A stretch of 55,259 bases of DNA from an uncultured Kiloniellaceae bacterium. GTDB lineage: Bacteria; Actinomycetota; Acidimicrobiia; Spongiisociales; UBA11373. This document shows, one piece after another, positions 28,169 through 36,275 of this stretch. Below the pieces are notes generated by a model. That model worked only from the letters and a program-made list of their open reading frames with translations. It was not told where the DNA came from and did not search any database. The stretch is from the NCBI GenBank assembly GCA_964194935.1, contig CAXMOL010000066.1, positions 1 through 55,259 of the forward strand, given 5' to 3'. The position numbers and the translations under genes are program-made. The first letter of the stretch is position 1. Every line of letters starts with the position of its first letter.

Positions 28169-29719
28169 TCAGTGTGGGTCGATGTCGGGGCGTTGCGATT
28201 CGACATCACCCGGCGGGTACCACCAGTCTTGATCGATCGGTCTGGCCTCCCTGACATTCCCGATCTGGCTCACCTGTGCCTCGTCCGAAACTGCCTCCTC
28301 CGGAACAATGGTTGGAGCCCGTGCCGGAAATGGATCGGGCGGAAGGACGAGTTCCTCAGCTTGGGCGAGTTGCAGAGACACTTCGAAAACCGTGAGGTCG
28401 CCGTCTCGCCGATAGCCGATCTTGCCTCCCATCCCGTCTGCGAGGACCTTCGATATCGAGAGCCCAAGACCGACGCTTCCCATGATCAGAGGGTCATCAC
28501 CGCGGTGGACGAACCGTTCGAACATCCGAGATTCGACCTCAGGCGGAACCCCGGGTCCGTTGTCGACGACCTCGATGACGTAGGTCGAGTCCTCGAGTCG
28601 CCCCGAGATCTCGACGCGACCGCCGCCGTACTTCGCCGCGTTGGAGACAAGGTTGCGTAGAAGCTGACGTAACCGGCCGGGGTCGGCCAGTACGAGTTCG
28701 CTGGCCATGTCCAGGTCGATTTGGGCATCCGACCGCTCGAACTCATGCCCGAGGCTGGCAACCAATTCAGCGATCTCGGTCGGCCTGAGGTCAAAGCGGA
28801 GTCTGCCGGCATCGGCTTGGCCCGATACAAGAAGGTCTTCGACCATGCGGGTGAGGTCGGCCGACTGGTCGATGATGACTTCGGTGAGTTCCTTGGTCAG
28901 GTCGAGATCTGCAAATCCCTCGTCCGACATGGCCAGCGCCGAGGTGTATATACCGGTGAGAGGTGTGCGGAGTTCGTGGGAGAGGTTGGCAATGAGTTGG
29001 TCCTTCGACTTGTTGAGCGCCCTTTCTTGCTCCAGTTCGACGGTCATCCACTCGCGTTTTCGTCTCCGACGGGAAACCAGGAATGCGACGACAACGGCCA
29101 CCGAGGGGACGAAGAACGCGACCATGAAGCGACTCGCAGTGGCGATGGTTCCGGACTCTGCCGCCGCACCCGCTATCCCAGCCGCCATTTCGTCGCGCAA
29201 GTCGGCCAGTTGATTTACTAGAGCACCGAACGAGTTGGACGATGCTCCGGTGGCGATACTGCTGGCACTCTCCAGATCGCCGATGGTGATGGCATCCAGC
29301 ACCTGTTCGGAGTCAGCGAGGACGGCCGCAAGGCTCAGCTCGAAGTCGGTTGCTTCAATGCCGTCGGTGGGTTCGGCGGGCTCTTCGGAGTCTGTGAGGG
29401 CGGTGACCACGGCAGTCACCCGTTGCTCCATGGCATCAATAACCGACTGGGCTTCGAATACTGCAGCTGCCGACAGTGAAGGATCGTTGGTGGAGCCTGC
29501 AATCAAAAGAGCCTGGCCGAGCGCGTTTCGGGCCGATGCCGCTGCTCCCAACGCCGATTCGGCCTCTTGTTGAAGGCGGGCATTGTCTGCGACCGCAACC
29601 ACTCCTGTGGCGTTGGTAAAGACGAGTGCGAGCGCGGCGAGCAATCCAGCCGCCGCCACGAGGGCACCGCCAGCAAGAGCGCGTCCCGGCGCGCCCGCCT
29701 GAGCTTGAACGTCTTCCAC
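28169..29719 (-). CDS. Membrane sensor histidine kinase (orphan)
   Basis: Two TM segments flanking an extracytoplasmic region, ANLSHELRTPLT, RNLVSNAAKYGG, DNGPGV and GLGLSISK. Confidence 0.92.
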   Translation of the reverse strand: MEDVQAQAGAPGRALAGGALVAAAGLLAALALVFTNATGVVAVADNARLQQEAESALGAAASARNALGQALLIAGSTNDPSLSAAAVFEAQSVIDAMEQRVTAVVTALTDSEEPAEPTDGIEATDFELSLAAVLADSEQVLDAITIGDLESASSIATGASSNSFGALVNQLADLRDEMAAGIAGAAAESGTIATASRFMVAFFVPSVAVVVAFLVSRRRRKREWMTVELEQERALNKSKDQLIANLSHELRTPLTGIYTSALAMSDEGFADLDLTKELTEVIIDQSADLTRMVEDLLVSGQADAGRLRFDLRPTEIAELVASLGHEFERSDAQIDLDMASELVLADPGRLRQLLRNLVSNAAKYGGGRVEISGRLEDSTYVIEVVDNGPGVPPEVESRMFERFVHRGDDPLIMGSVGLGLSISKVLADGMGGKIGYRRDGDLTVFEVSLQLAQAEELVLPPDPFPARAPTIVPEEAVSDEAQVSQIGNVREARPIDQDWWYPPGDVESQRPDIDPH

Positions 29720-29730
29720 TGACTAGTGAG

Positions 29731-29757
29731 ATCGGTGGAAACGGGGTGATCCTTGAG
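29731..29757 (-). promoter_or_regulatory. Putative FliA/WhiG-type promoter (CTCAAG-N15-ACCGAT)
   Basis: Minus strand CTCAAG gatcaccccgtttcc ACCGAT, 11 nt before the kinase GTG. Confidence 0.65.
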
Positions 29758-29789
29758 TCCTGGTCGCATCTATGCCGATGTTTCTAACG

Positions 29790-30719
29790 ATGACCCTTCT
29801 CAAGCCGCGCCCGGCGCGTATTGCGGCCTGCTTATTGGTGGGCGCACTCGTCATGGTTCCGCTCAGCGCCAATGCTGCGCCTACTGGCGCTGTGCCGAAT
29901 GATGATCTTGCCGCTGCAAGCTACCGAGCCAATAACGAGGACGACCCTGCCAAGAACGCGGAAAAAGAGGCCGTAGCGGCGGCTAAGGAAGCGGAGCGGG
30001 TGGCGGAGGCGGCGGCCAGGGAAGAGGCAAGGGTGGCTGAGGCGGCGGCCAGGGAAGAGGCAAGGGTGGCTGAGGCGGCGGCCAGGGAAGAGGCAAGGGT
30101 GGCTGAGGAGGTGGCCAAGGAAGAGGCAAGGGTGGCTGAGGAGGTGGCCAAGGAAGAGGCAAGGGTGGCTGAGGAGGTGGCCAAGGAAGAGGCAAGGGTG
30201 GCTGAGGCGGCGGCTCGCGAGGAGGAGAAGGCTGCTGAGGAGGATCCAGTCGGAGCAGTCACGGGGCCAGGCGGTGCTTCACCAAGCCCGTCGCCTGTCG
30301 GGGCGACGCCTGCCGAGGGCCCCCCCGACGGCGCGGCCGTATCGATTGATCAAGTGCTTGTCCCCACTCATCTCAGTGCAGCGATGGAGTTGTTCGATCA
30401 ACAGGCTGAGGCTTCGAGCTCGGTTCCGGCTCCGGTGACAACGCCGACGGGGATGGTCTCCGGGAGTCTGGTACGAGAGCTGGCGCCGGTGCTGCCTCCG
30501 TTGCTGACTGACGTAGTAGCGGCTCCATTCGTGGTCATCGAGGCGCTCATCGCCGCGATGGCGGCGAGTGGCCAGGCACTGGTGATTCCGCTCCTTGCCG
30601 GTGCTGCTGGGTTCATGGCACCGGTTGTACGTCGTAAGCATCTTCTGGCTGAAGCGCTTGGCAAGAATTCCGAACCTGTTCCATCGAATGAACCGAGAAC
30701 TGTCTTCATCGGTTGGTGA
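29790..30719 (+). CDS. Exported surface protein A: 11-aa Glu/Ala repeat stalk and C-terminal hydrophobic anchor
   Basis: Signal peptide MTLLKPRPARIAACLLVGALVMVPLSANA|AP, EEARVAE(AAAR/EVAK) repeats and a C-terminal hydrophobic stretch plus RRK. Start set by alignment with the paralog. Confidence 0.8.
   Translation: MTLLKPRPARIAACLLVGALVMVPLSANAAPTGAVPNDDLAAASYRANNEDDPAKNAEKEAVAAAKEAERVAEAAAREEARVAEAAAREEARVAEAAAREEARVAEEVAKEEARVAEEVAKEEARVAEEVAKEEARVAEAAAREEEKAAEEDPVGAVTGPGGASPSPSPVGATPAEGPPDGAAVSIDQVLVPTHLSAAMELFDQQAEASSSVPAPVTTPTGMVSGSLVRELAPVLPPLLTDVVAAPFVVIEALIAAMAASGQALVIPLLAGAAGFMAPVVRRKHLLAEALGKNSEPVPSNEPRTVFIGW
29988..30218 (+). repeat. 33-bp coding tandem repeat x7
   Basis: GAAGAGGCAAGGGTGGCTGAGG(CGGCGGCCAGG/AGGTGGCCAAG); the first copy is degenerate. 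Confidence 0.95.
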
Positions 30720-30831
30720 GCGCCTGCACATTCCAGTGCGGTGCTGCATGGACCATCGTTCCTAACTAGTCACCCTGCCCGACCAGGGTTGATTCTTGAG
30801 TATTGGTAGCCCGGATGTCGATACTTTCCAT

Positions 30832-31773
30832 ATGACTCATGTCAAGCCGCACCTGGCGCGTTTCGCAGCCTTCTTCTTGGTGGGTGCACTCGTTATGGCT
30901 CCACTTGGTGCAAGTGCGGCCCCGCCTGTGGTGGTGCCTGGTGACGATCTCGTCGCGGCGAGCTACACGGAAGAGGATCCCGAGAAGGCGGCCAAGGAAG
31001 ACGAGAAGCCGGTCAAGGAAGACGAGAAGGCGGCCAAGGAAGACGAGAAGGCGGTCAAGGAAGACGAGAAGGCGGCCAAGGAAGACGAGAAGGCGGCCAA
31101 GGAAGACGAGAAGCCGGTCAAGGAAGACGAGAAGCCGGTCAAGGATCCCGAGAAGCCGGTCAAGGATCCCGAGAAGGCGGCCAATAGCGGTAACAGCGGT
31201 AATCCCGGCAACGGCAATAACGGCAATGACGGTGAGAACGGCAATAGTGGCACCGAGAACCCCGGCAACAGTGGCACCAGCGGTAATCCCGGCAATGGCA
31301 ATAACGGCAATGACGGCGAGAACGGCAACAGTGGCAATGCTGGCCGAGCCGGAGTGGCCCCAGGGTTAGGCGCGGCGCCTCCCAGCCTGACACCTTCCGG
31401 GGTAACCCCGACCCAGGGCGGACTCGGATCGATCGATGCTCGCGTCCTACCTGTTCATCTCGGTGCTGCGATCGTGATCTTCGACCAGAACAACGAGACC
31501 GTGACCTCGATCCCAGAGCCTGTGGCACCGCCGATGGGGATGGTTTCGGAGAACTTGATACGAGAACTGGCACCGGTGCTGCCGCCAATGCTGGTCGACG
31601 TAGTCGCGGCGCCCTTCGTGGTGATCGAGGCTCTAATCGACGCGATGGCGTCGAGTGGCCAGGCGTTGGTGATCCCATTCCTCGCCGGTGCGGCCGGGCT
31701 TATGGCGCCGGGTGTACGCCGCAAGAATCTCCTGGCCCAAGCGCTTGGCCAGAATCCCGACTCGGGTTCGTAA
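30832..31773 (+). CDS. Exported surface protein B (paralog of A): 7-aa charged repeats, Gly/Asn repeats and the same C-terminal anchor
   Basis: MTHVKPHLARFAAFFLVGALVMAPLGASA|AP; the C-terminus aligns with protein A. Confidence 0.8.
   Translation: MTHVKPHLARFAAFFLVGALVMAPLGASAAPPVVVPGDDLVAASYTEEDPEKAAKEDEKPVKEDEKAAKEDEKAVKEDEKAAKEDEKAAKEDEKPVKEDEKPVKDPEKPVKDPEKAANSGNSGNPGNGNNGNDGENGNSGTENPGNSGTSGNPGNGNNGNDGENGNSGNAGRAGVAPGLGAAPPSLTPSGVTPTQGGLGSIDARVLPVHLGAAIVIFDQNNETVTSIPEPVAPPMGMVSENLIRELAPVLPPMLVDVVAAPFVVIEALIDAMASSGQALVIPFLAGAAGLMAPGVRRKNLLAQALGQNPDSGS
30973..31182 (+). repeat. 21-bp coding tandem repeat x10
   Basis: Units K(ED/DP)EK(AA/PV/AV), e.g. AAGGAAGACGAGAAGGCGGCC. Confidence 0.95.
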
Positions 31774-31885
31774 CCCGACCGGTCTCGACTGGTGAGCGGA
31801 TAGACCCTCTCGGTGTCTCCTCAGACTGCGACAGCTCCGAGACATGCCGGTGCGATCTTTCGATCCTGCGAACGAGGGGATCAAG

Positions 31886-32083
31886 GTGGGTATCGAGTTG
31901 AGTCGGATGATCAGCGATGTGGTGGCTGCCGCCGGAAGAGGCGCAGAATCGCTCCGGCTTACCGGAACCGACGTCGTGCTCCAGGACTGTTCAATCGAAG
32001 TGATCCTCGATGATGATCCTTCGCCATCCGCCCACGTTCGGGTGACATTTGGGCGGGACCCCGACCGGGATCAACTCCCGTAG
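31886..32083 (+). CDS. Small hypothetical protein
   Basis: GAGGGG upstream of GTG 31886; helix plus beta-strand pattern. The ORF track starts at 31844. Confidence 0.5.
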   Translation: MGIELSRMISDVVAAAGRGAESLRLTGTDVVLQDCSIEVILDDDPSPSAHVRVTFGRDPDRDQLP

Positions 32084-33261
32084 ACAGACCCATCCGGGAA
32101 GAAGGCCGCCCAGGCAAACCAGAACTCGTTGCGATGGACCATCGGGTCGAGAGTGTCTCCCATCAGCGGTCCGTCGATGGCGGTCCCGAGGATGTTCCAC
32201 CGGCTCCCGGTTTGATCGTCGGTGAACAGGGAGTCCTCTGTCGGGAAGAAGGTGAGCGTCGCCCCGTCGACGACCGCGGAATAGGCCACGCCGGTTCCAA
32301 CCGACCGGGAGTCAGAGATCAAACTGCTGTCGAGAGCATCGGCCGTGTCTCCACCCCAGAACACAACGATCTCAGTTCCGGCGATCTCGTCATTCACAGC
32401 TCCGACCGCTGAAATCAAACTGAACGGGTAGGCCTTTTCGAGACCACCGATGCTCACCCCCACCACCCGTTCCAGAGCGGGGAATCGGTCGTCCAGCTCG
32501 TCATTGAAGTAGCCGAGCGGCGTCGACCGGGACGAGTAGCCCTCGTATAGGTTGAGTCCGTATTGCCGGTTGAACCCGGTGTCACGCGACATCGCTTCGC
32601 CCTCGGGGAACGACTCGGCGAAATCACCGTATGAGACGATCGATGACGGGACGACCGTGAGCTGGCCCCCGGCGTGGGTGCCAACTATCCCCTCACCGGT
32701 GATCTGCTGCCACAACGAACCGGTGACGTCGTCCCACATCACAAGATCGCTCTTGCGCAGCAAACCGGAGACACCAAAGCGATGGGTGACTCCATCGACA
32801 CGACGATCGAATGCAACCGCGGTGTTGCACAGTGGGCAATACGTGACCGCAATCGGGACGTCACCGATTTGGTCGTTGACTATCTCGTGCCGGGTGAGGA
32901 TCGCCAGCGGATAGAAGCGGGTTTCGCCTTCGTGGCGAAGGAGTACGCCGGGGTCGCGCTCGCCCAGCCACTCTGCTGCGGCTGCGACCGACTCGAACTT
33001 CGGGTTGTCGATGGGGGCTATGACATCGCGAGGGTCGGAGATGGGGATCCCGATTCGGAGTTCCTCGAAATCAACCGTGCTGCGTGTCCAATCCGTATCC
33101 CAGGCTCCGGTCACCGCAGGCAAATCGCCCGGGAGTTCGCTCGAATCGGACACGCCGAATTCAACGCTGGGCGTAGGCTCGTCGGCTGCAGTCGCTCCAT
33201 TGTCAGTGCAGGCGGCGCTGATCAGAGCGAGCGTGCAAATCAAGGCGATGAAGCGGAACAT
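32071..33261 (-). CDS. DUF3179 domain lipoprotein
   Basis: Lipobox ISAAC, IDNPKF, HEIVND, VTYCPLCNT, FGVSGLL and FWFAWAAFFP. Confidence 0.9.
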   Translation of the reverse strand: MFRFIALICTLALISAACTDNGATAADEPTPSVEFGVSDSSELPGDLPAVTGAWDTDWTRSTVDFEELRIGIPISDPRDVIAPIDNPKFESVAAAAEWLGERDPGVLLRHEGETRFYPLAILTRHEIVNDQIGDVPIAVTYCPLCNTAVAFDRRVDGVTHRFGVSGLLRKSDLVMWDDVTGSLWQQITGEGIVGTHAGGQLTVVPSSIVSYGDFAESFPEGEAMSRDTGFNRQYGLNLYEGYSSRSTPLGYFNDELDDRFPALERVVGVSIGGLEKAYPFSLISAVGAVNDEIAGTEIVVFWGGDTADALDSSLISDSRSVGTGVAYSAVVDGATLTFFPTEDSLFTDDQTGSRWNILGTAIDGPLMGDTLDPMVHRNEFWFAWAAFFPDGSVYGS

Positions 33262-33368
33262 GGTGTGTCCAACAGAAGGCGGCGTATGCCATTCCAGACT
33301 TCAATAGTCGGCGCTGTGACTATTGGCGGTCAGTGTTGCCGCAAATGCAGCGGGAAGCTCAGCTTCGA

Positions 33369-33569
33369 CTAGTAATCGACGAGGCAGGTGGCGCCGCACA
33401 CGGTGCATGCGGCCGTGGAGTCGCATTCGCCGGTCGATGTTGAGCGATGAGCACTGGCGCAGTCGGCGCAAAACGCGGTAGCGCAATTCGGGCAGCGCAG
33501 CCACCCTGTGGCGACATCGGGTACCGGATCGGCGCAATCACGGCAAAGAACGATCGTGGTCGGCGTCAT
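33369..33569 (-). CDS. Small Cys-rich putative zinc-binding protein
   Basis: 66 aa with four CxxC pairs; strong GAGGAGGT SD. Confidence 0.65.
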   Translation of the reverse strand: MTPTTIVLCRDCADPVPDVATGWLRCPNCATAFCADCASAHRSTSTGECDSTAACTVCGATCLVDY

Positions 33570-33638
33570 CTGACCTCCTCAGCACCATCGTGACGGCCGC
33601 GTCGAGGCGGGCCCAGGGCCAAATGGCCCATCGGGCAA

Positions 33639-35060
33639 CTACTCGTCGTGGGGAAGTGATCCCCTTGCGGCTCGCAGGTATGCGAATGGCGTCGCCTCCA
33701 GGAAGTTGGAGACCCGCGACGTATAGACGTCGGCGTAGCGCTCTACCTGTCGCGCAAATAGGCTTTTGTCGTTCCCGGACCGCATCAGCGGTCCCCACAA
33801 TTCGTTTCGTTGCCGGCCGGAGGCCTGGGCGAGTGGGCCGATCTCGGCGTCGATATCCGACAGGGCCTCGCGGAATCCGCTGATTCGATCGTCGCTGGTC
33901 GCCGGATCGCCAGTCGGGTCCGCATGTCCGGACCGGTGGCGCAACTGATCGAGCCTTGCTCCGGCAAGTGCCCTCTCCAGGTCGGACTTGCGGTCCATCA
34001 GGTCGCCGAGTTGGGTCTCGTCGTTTGCGAATGCGTCTGCTGCCTCGATCTCTGACTCCAGTTCTCGCAAGATCAGGGCGGTGCGCCAACGGAGCAGCGC
34101 TTTTGATACAGAGACGTCGGAGTAAAGGTGATCGCCGACATAGAGGATCTCATCCCCGTGGAGTCCGAGGTGGTTTTCGAGGTCGGGAGCGCAACCACCG
34201 ACGAAGACACCCCCCGGCTCGAAGGGACCAATCTGCGGCCGCAGATAACCGGCAGCCTCGTCGACGATTCGAAAGAGGGGGCGGGTGGCCGTAAAGAAGT
34301 CCGGCTTGTCAGCCGAGACCACGACTGCATCGAACAGATCTCGCCAGGTTGATCCCGATGGGAGATGGGGATCGAACGAGTAATGCATGATCTGGTCGGT
34401 GTACTCCCACTCGGAATTGGTGATGATGAAGAGTCGCTTGCCGGCCTCGCGTTGATCTTGCAGTGCCAGCACTACGTCGGGATCGGGCACAACAAACCGT
34501 TGCGGGTCAGCCAGGATGTCGGCTTTGAGGCGTCCGGGCATGTGGGCCTGATTGATGGTCTCTCGCACGGCCTCGTAGAGATCCGCATATGACATACGTC
34601 CCGGCAATTCGTTGCGATCGAGACGCTCGACGAGTTGGGCGAACAGGGAAGCTTCGCTCAGGGAGAAGAGCGTATTGAGGAACTCCCAGCGGCCGTCGGC
34701 AAGGTCGACCAAGGTGCCCTCGTAAGCGGTGCGTAGTTCGTCGTAGTCCAGATGCCGTGTGCCGTGGGCCCCCCTGATCACATACCCGAAACGGGTCGGC
34801 TTGACCAAGTTCCCCAGTTCGGAGTCGATCGTGAGCCCGCGTATCACGGCAACTGCATCGAATTCGAGGTCTGCCACCGGCCACCCCGTCTCGACCAGGC
34901 GATCCCGGGTGTAATTGAAGGCAGTGCGCTCCCATTCCTCGACCTTGTAATGGATCAGCGTGTAATCCATGTCGTAGCCAATGGCCTTGATGGACCGCAG
35001 GTTCAGAGTTCGGTTTCCGAAGATGCGATGAGCGCGCGACGGTTGCTCAGGGATTTCCAC
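33639..35060 (-). CDS. HAD-IG family 5'-nucleotidase (cN-II type)
   Basis: GYDMDYTL, FIITNS, A-KP-FF and YVGDHLYSD. Confidence 0.92.
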   Translation of the reverse strand: MEIPEQPSRAHRIFGNRTLNLRSIKAIGYDMDYTLIHYKVEEWERTAFNYTRDRLVETGWPVADLEFDAVAVIRGLTIDSELGNLVKPTRFGYVIRGAHGTRHLDYDELRTAYEGTLVDLADGRWEFLNTLFSLSEASLFAQLVERLDRNELPGRMSYADLYEAVRETINQAHMPGRLKADILADPQRFVVPDPDVVLALQDQREAGKRLFIITNSEWEYTDQIMHYSFDPHLPSGSTWRDLFDAVVVSADKPDFFTATRPLFRIVDEAAGYLRPQIGPFEPGGVFVGGCAPDLENHLGLHGDEILYVGDHLYSDVSVSKALLRWRTALILRELESEIEAADAFANDETQLGDLMDRKSDLERALAGARLDQLRHRSGHADPTGDPATSDDRISGFREALSDIDAEIGPLAQASGRQRNELWGPLMRSGNDKSLFARQVERYADVYTSRVSNFLEATPFAYLRAARGSLPHDE

Positions 35061-35152
35061 ACCGCTGAATCTAGAAGGAAGTCGACACCACGCCCACCGG
35101 TAGGGTCGCCTCGGGCCAAACCGGATCGCTCATGGGAGTGGCTATGTGGCTG

Positions 35153-36211
35153 CTAGTCGTCGGTGGGCTCTGCCGAGTCGACACTGTGCATCCACACTGT
35201 GCGTTGCGGAAACGGGATCTCGATACCTTGTTCGTCGAAGGCATCTTTGAGGCGTCGCCGCATCTCTCGGCCGGTGGCATATTGCTCGCCGGGTTCGGTC
35301 TTGAGTACTACTCGGATGGCGATCGCGGAGGCGCCTAACTCCTGAACCCCCCAGATCTCCGGCTCCTCTAGGACCGTTGCCTGTTCGAGCTGGTCGTTCC
35401 ACAGCGAGTCGGCGACTTGCTTGATGACGGTCGAAGCTTTGCCGATATCGGTGTCATAGGCGACCTCGACATCGAGGACGGTACGCGCCCAGATTTGTGA
35501 CATGTTGCCGATCCTGCGGATTTCACCGTTGGGGATGAACCACACGGTTCCCTTGACGTCGCGAATCTGTGTGGTGCGCAGGTTGACTTCTTCGACCGTT
35601 CCCGTCGCATCTCCGACATCGATCACATCGCCGACACCGTATTGGTCTTCGATCAGCATGAAGATGCCGCTCAGGAAATCCTTTACCAACGTCTGGGCGC
35701 CAAACCCGATCGCCACCCCGACGATCCCGGCTCCGGCGACTAATGGTCCAAGGCTGATTCCGAACTCGGCCATGGCGATGATTCCGGCCATCGAGTAGAT
35801 GACCAGCGACGAGATCGAACGCAGCACGGTTCCGAGCGACTCGGCCCGCTGCTTGGATCGGTCCGACTGGAAGGCCAGGAATTGGGCCTTATCTCGAGCA
35901 CGGTCCTTGAAGGCGGCAAACCGACCGTCATCGATTTCTTCACGTTGCCGCGACTCGGCCTTCGAGGCACGATCTTCCACCAGTCGATCGACGAGCTTGC
36001 GAATACCTCGTCGTGCCAATCGATTGGCGATAAGCGCCAGCAGCAGTATGAGCAGAACCTTCGCCGGCTTGGCGATGATCCACTCTGAGACCCGGGCAAT
36101 GGTTCCGTTGTCGGTCAGGTCAAAAACCCACTCGCAGGCAAAGCCGGGGTCGAGACCGCAGGCTTCGGCAAGGTCGCCGGTGGCTTGTGCGATGAGTAGT
36201 GGTCCGAGCAT
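35153..36211 (-). CDS. Small-conductance mechanosensitive channel (MscS/YbiO-like)
   Basis: AGAGIVGVAIGFGAQTLVKD, EDQYGVGD, LRTT and FIPNG. Start is approximate. Confidence 0.9.
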   Translation of the reverse strand: MLGPLLIAQATGDLAEACGLDPGFACEWVFDLTDNGTIARVSEWIIAKPAKVLLILLLALIANRLARRGIRKLVDRLVEDRASKAESRQREEIDDGRFAAFKDRARDKAQFLAFQSDRSKQRAESLGTVLRSISSLVIYSMAGIIAMAEFGISLGPLVAGAGIVGVAIGFGAQTLVKDFLSGIFMLIEDQYGVGDVIDVGDATGTVEEVNLRTTQIRDVKGTVWFIPNGEIRRIGNMSQIWARTVLDVEVAYDTDIGKASTVIKQVADSLWNDQLEQATVLEEPEIWGVQELGASAIAIRVVLKTEPGEQYATGREMRRRLKDAFDEQGIEIPFPQRTVWMHSVDSAEPTDD

Positions 36212-36275
36212 GCATCTCTCCGGGTCGTAGCAAGATGGACGGTACTTCGTTGGCCGACCGGTACGCTCCCCGGCC

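Noticed and set aside
29921-31337. Antisense repeat ORFs 29921..30262, 29983..30195 and 30963..31337, and the Arg/Lys-rich frame 30839..31369
   Set aside because: They are shadows of the coding repeats, which lack stops in other frames, and they have no SD or signal features.
29988-31340. 33-bp and 21-bp repeats as a CRISPR array or mobile element
   Set aside because: They are spacerless, in frame and inside signal-peptide-bearing CDSs.
32071-33261. DUF3179 as a selenoprotein
   Set aside because: The motif is an ordinary CPLC with no in-frame TGA.
33302-33325. Inverted repeat CAATAGTC-N8-GACTATTG
   Set aside because: It is a single occurrence that could be an operator or terminator, with nothing to distinguish the two.
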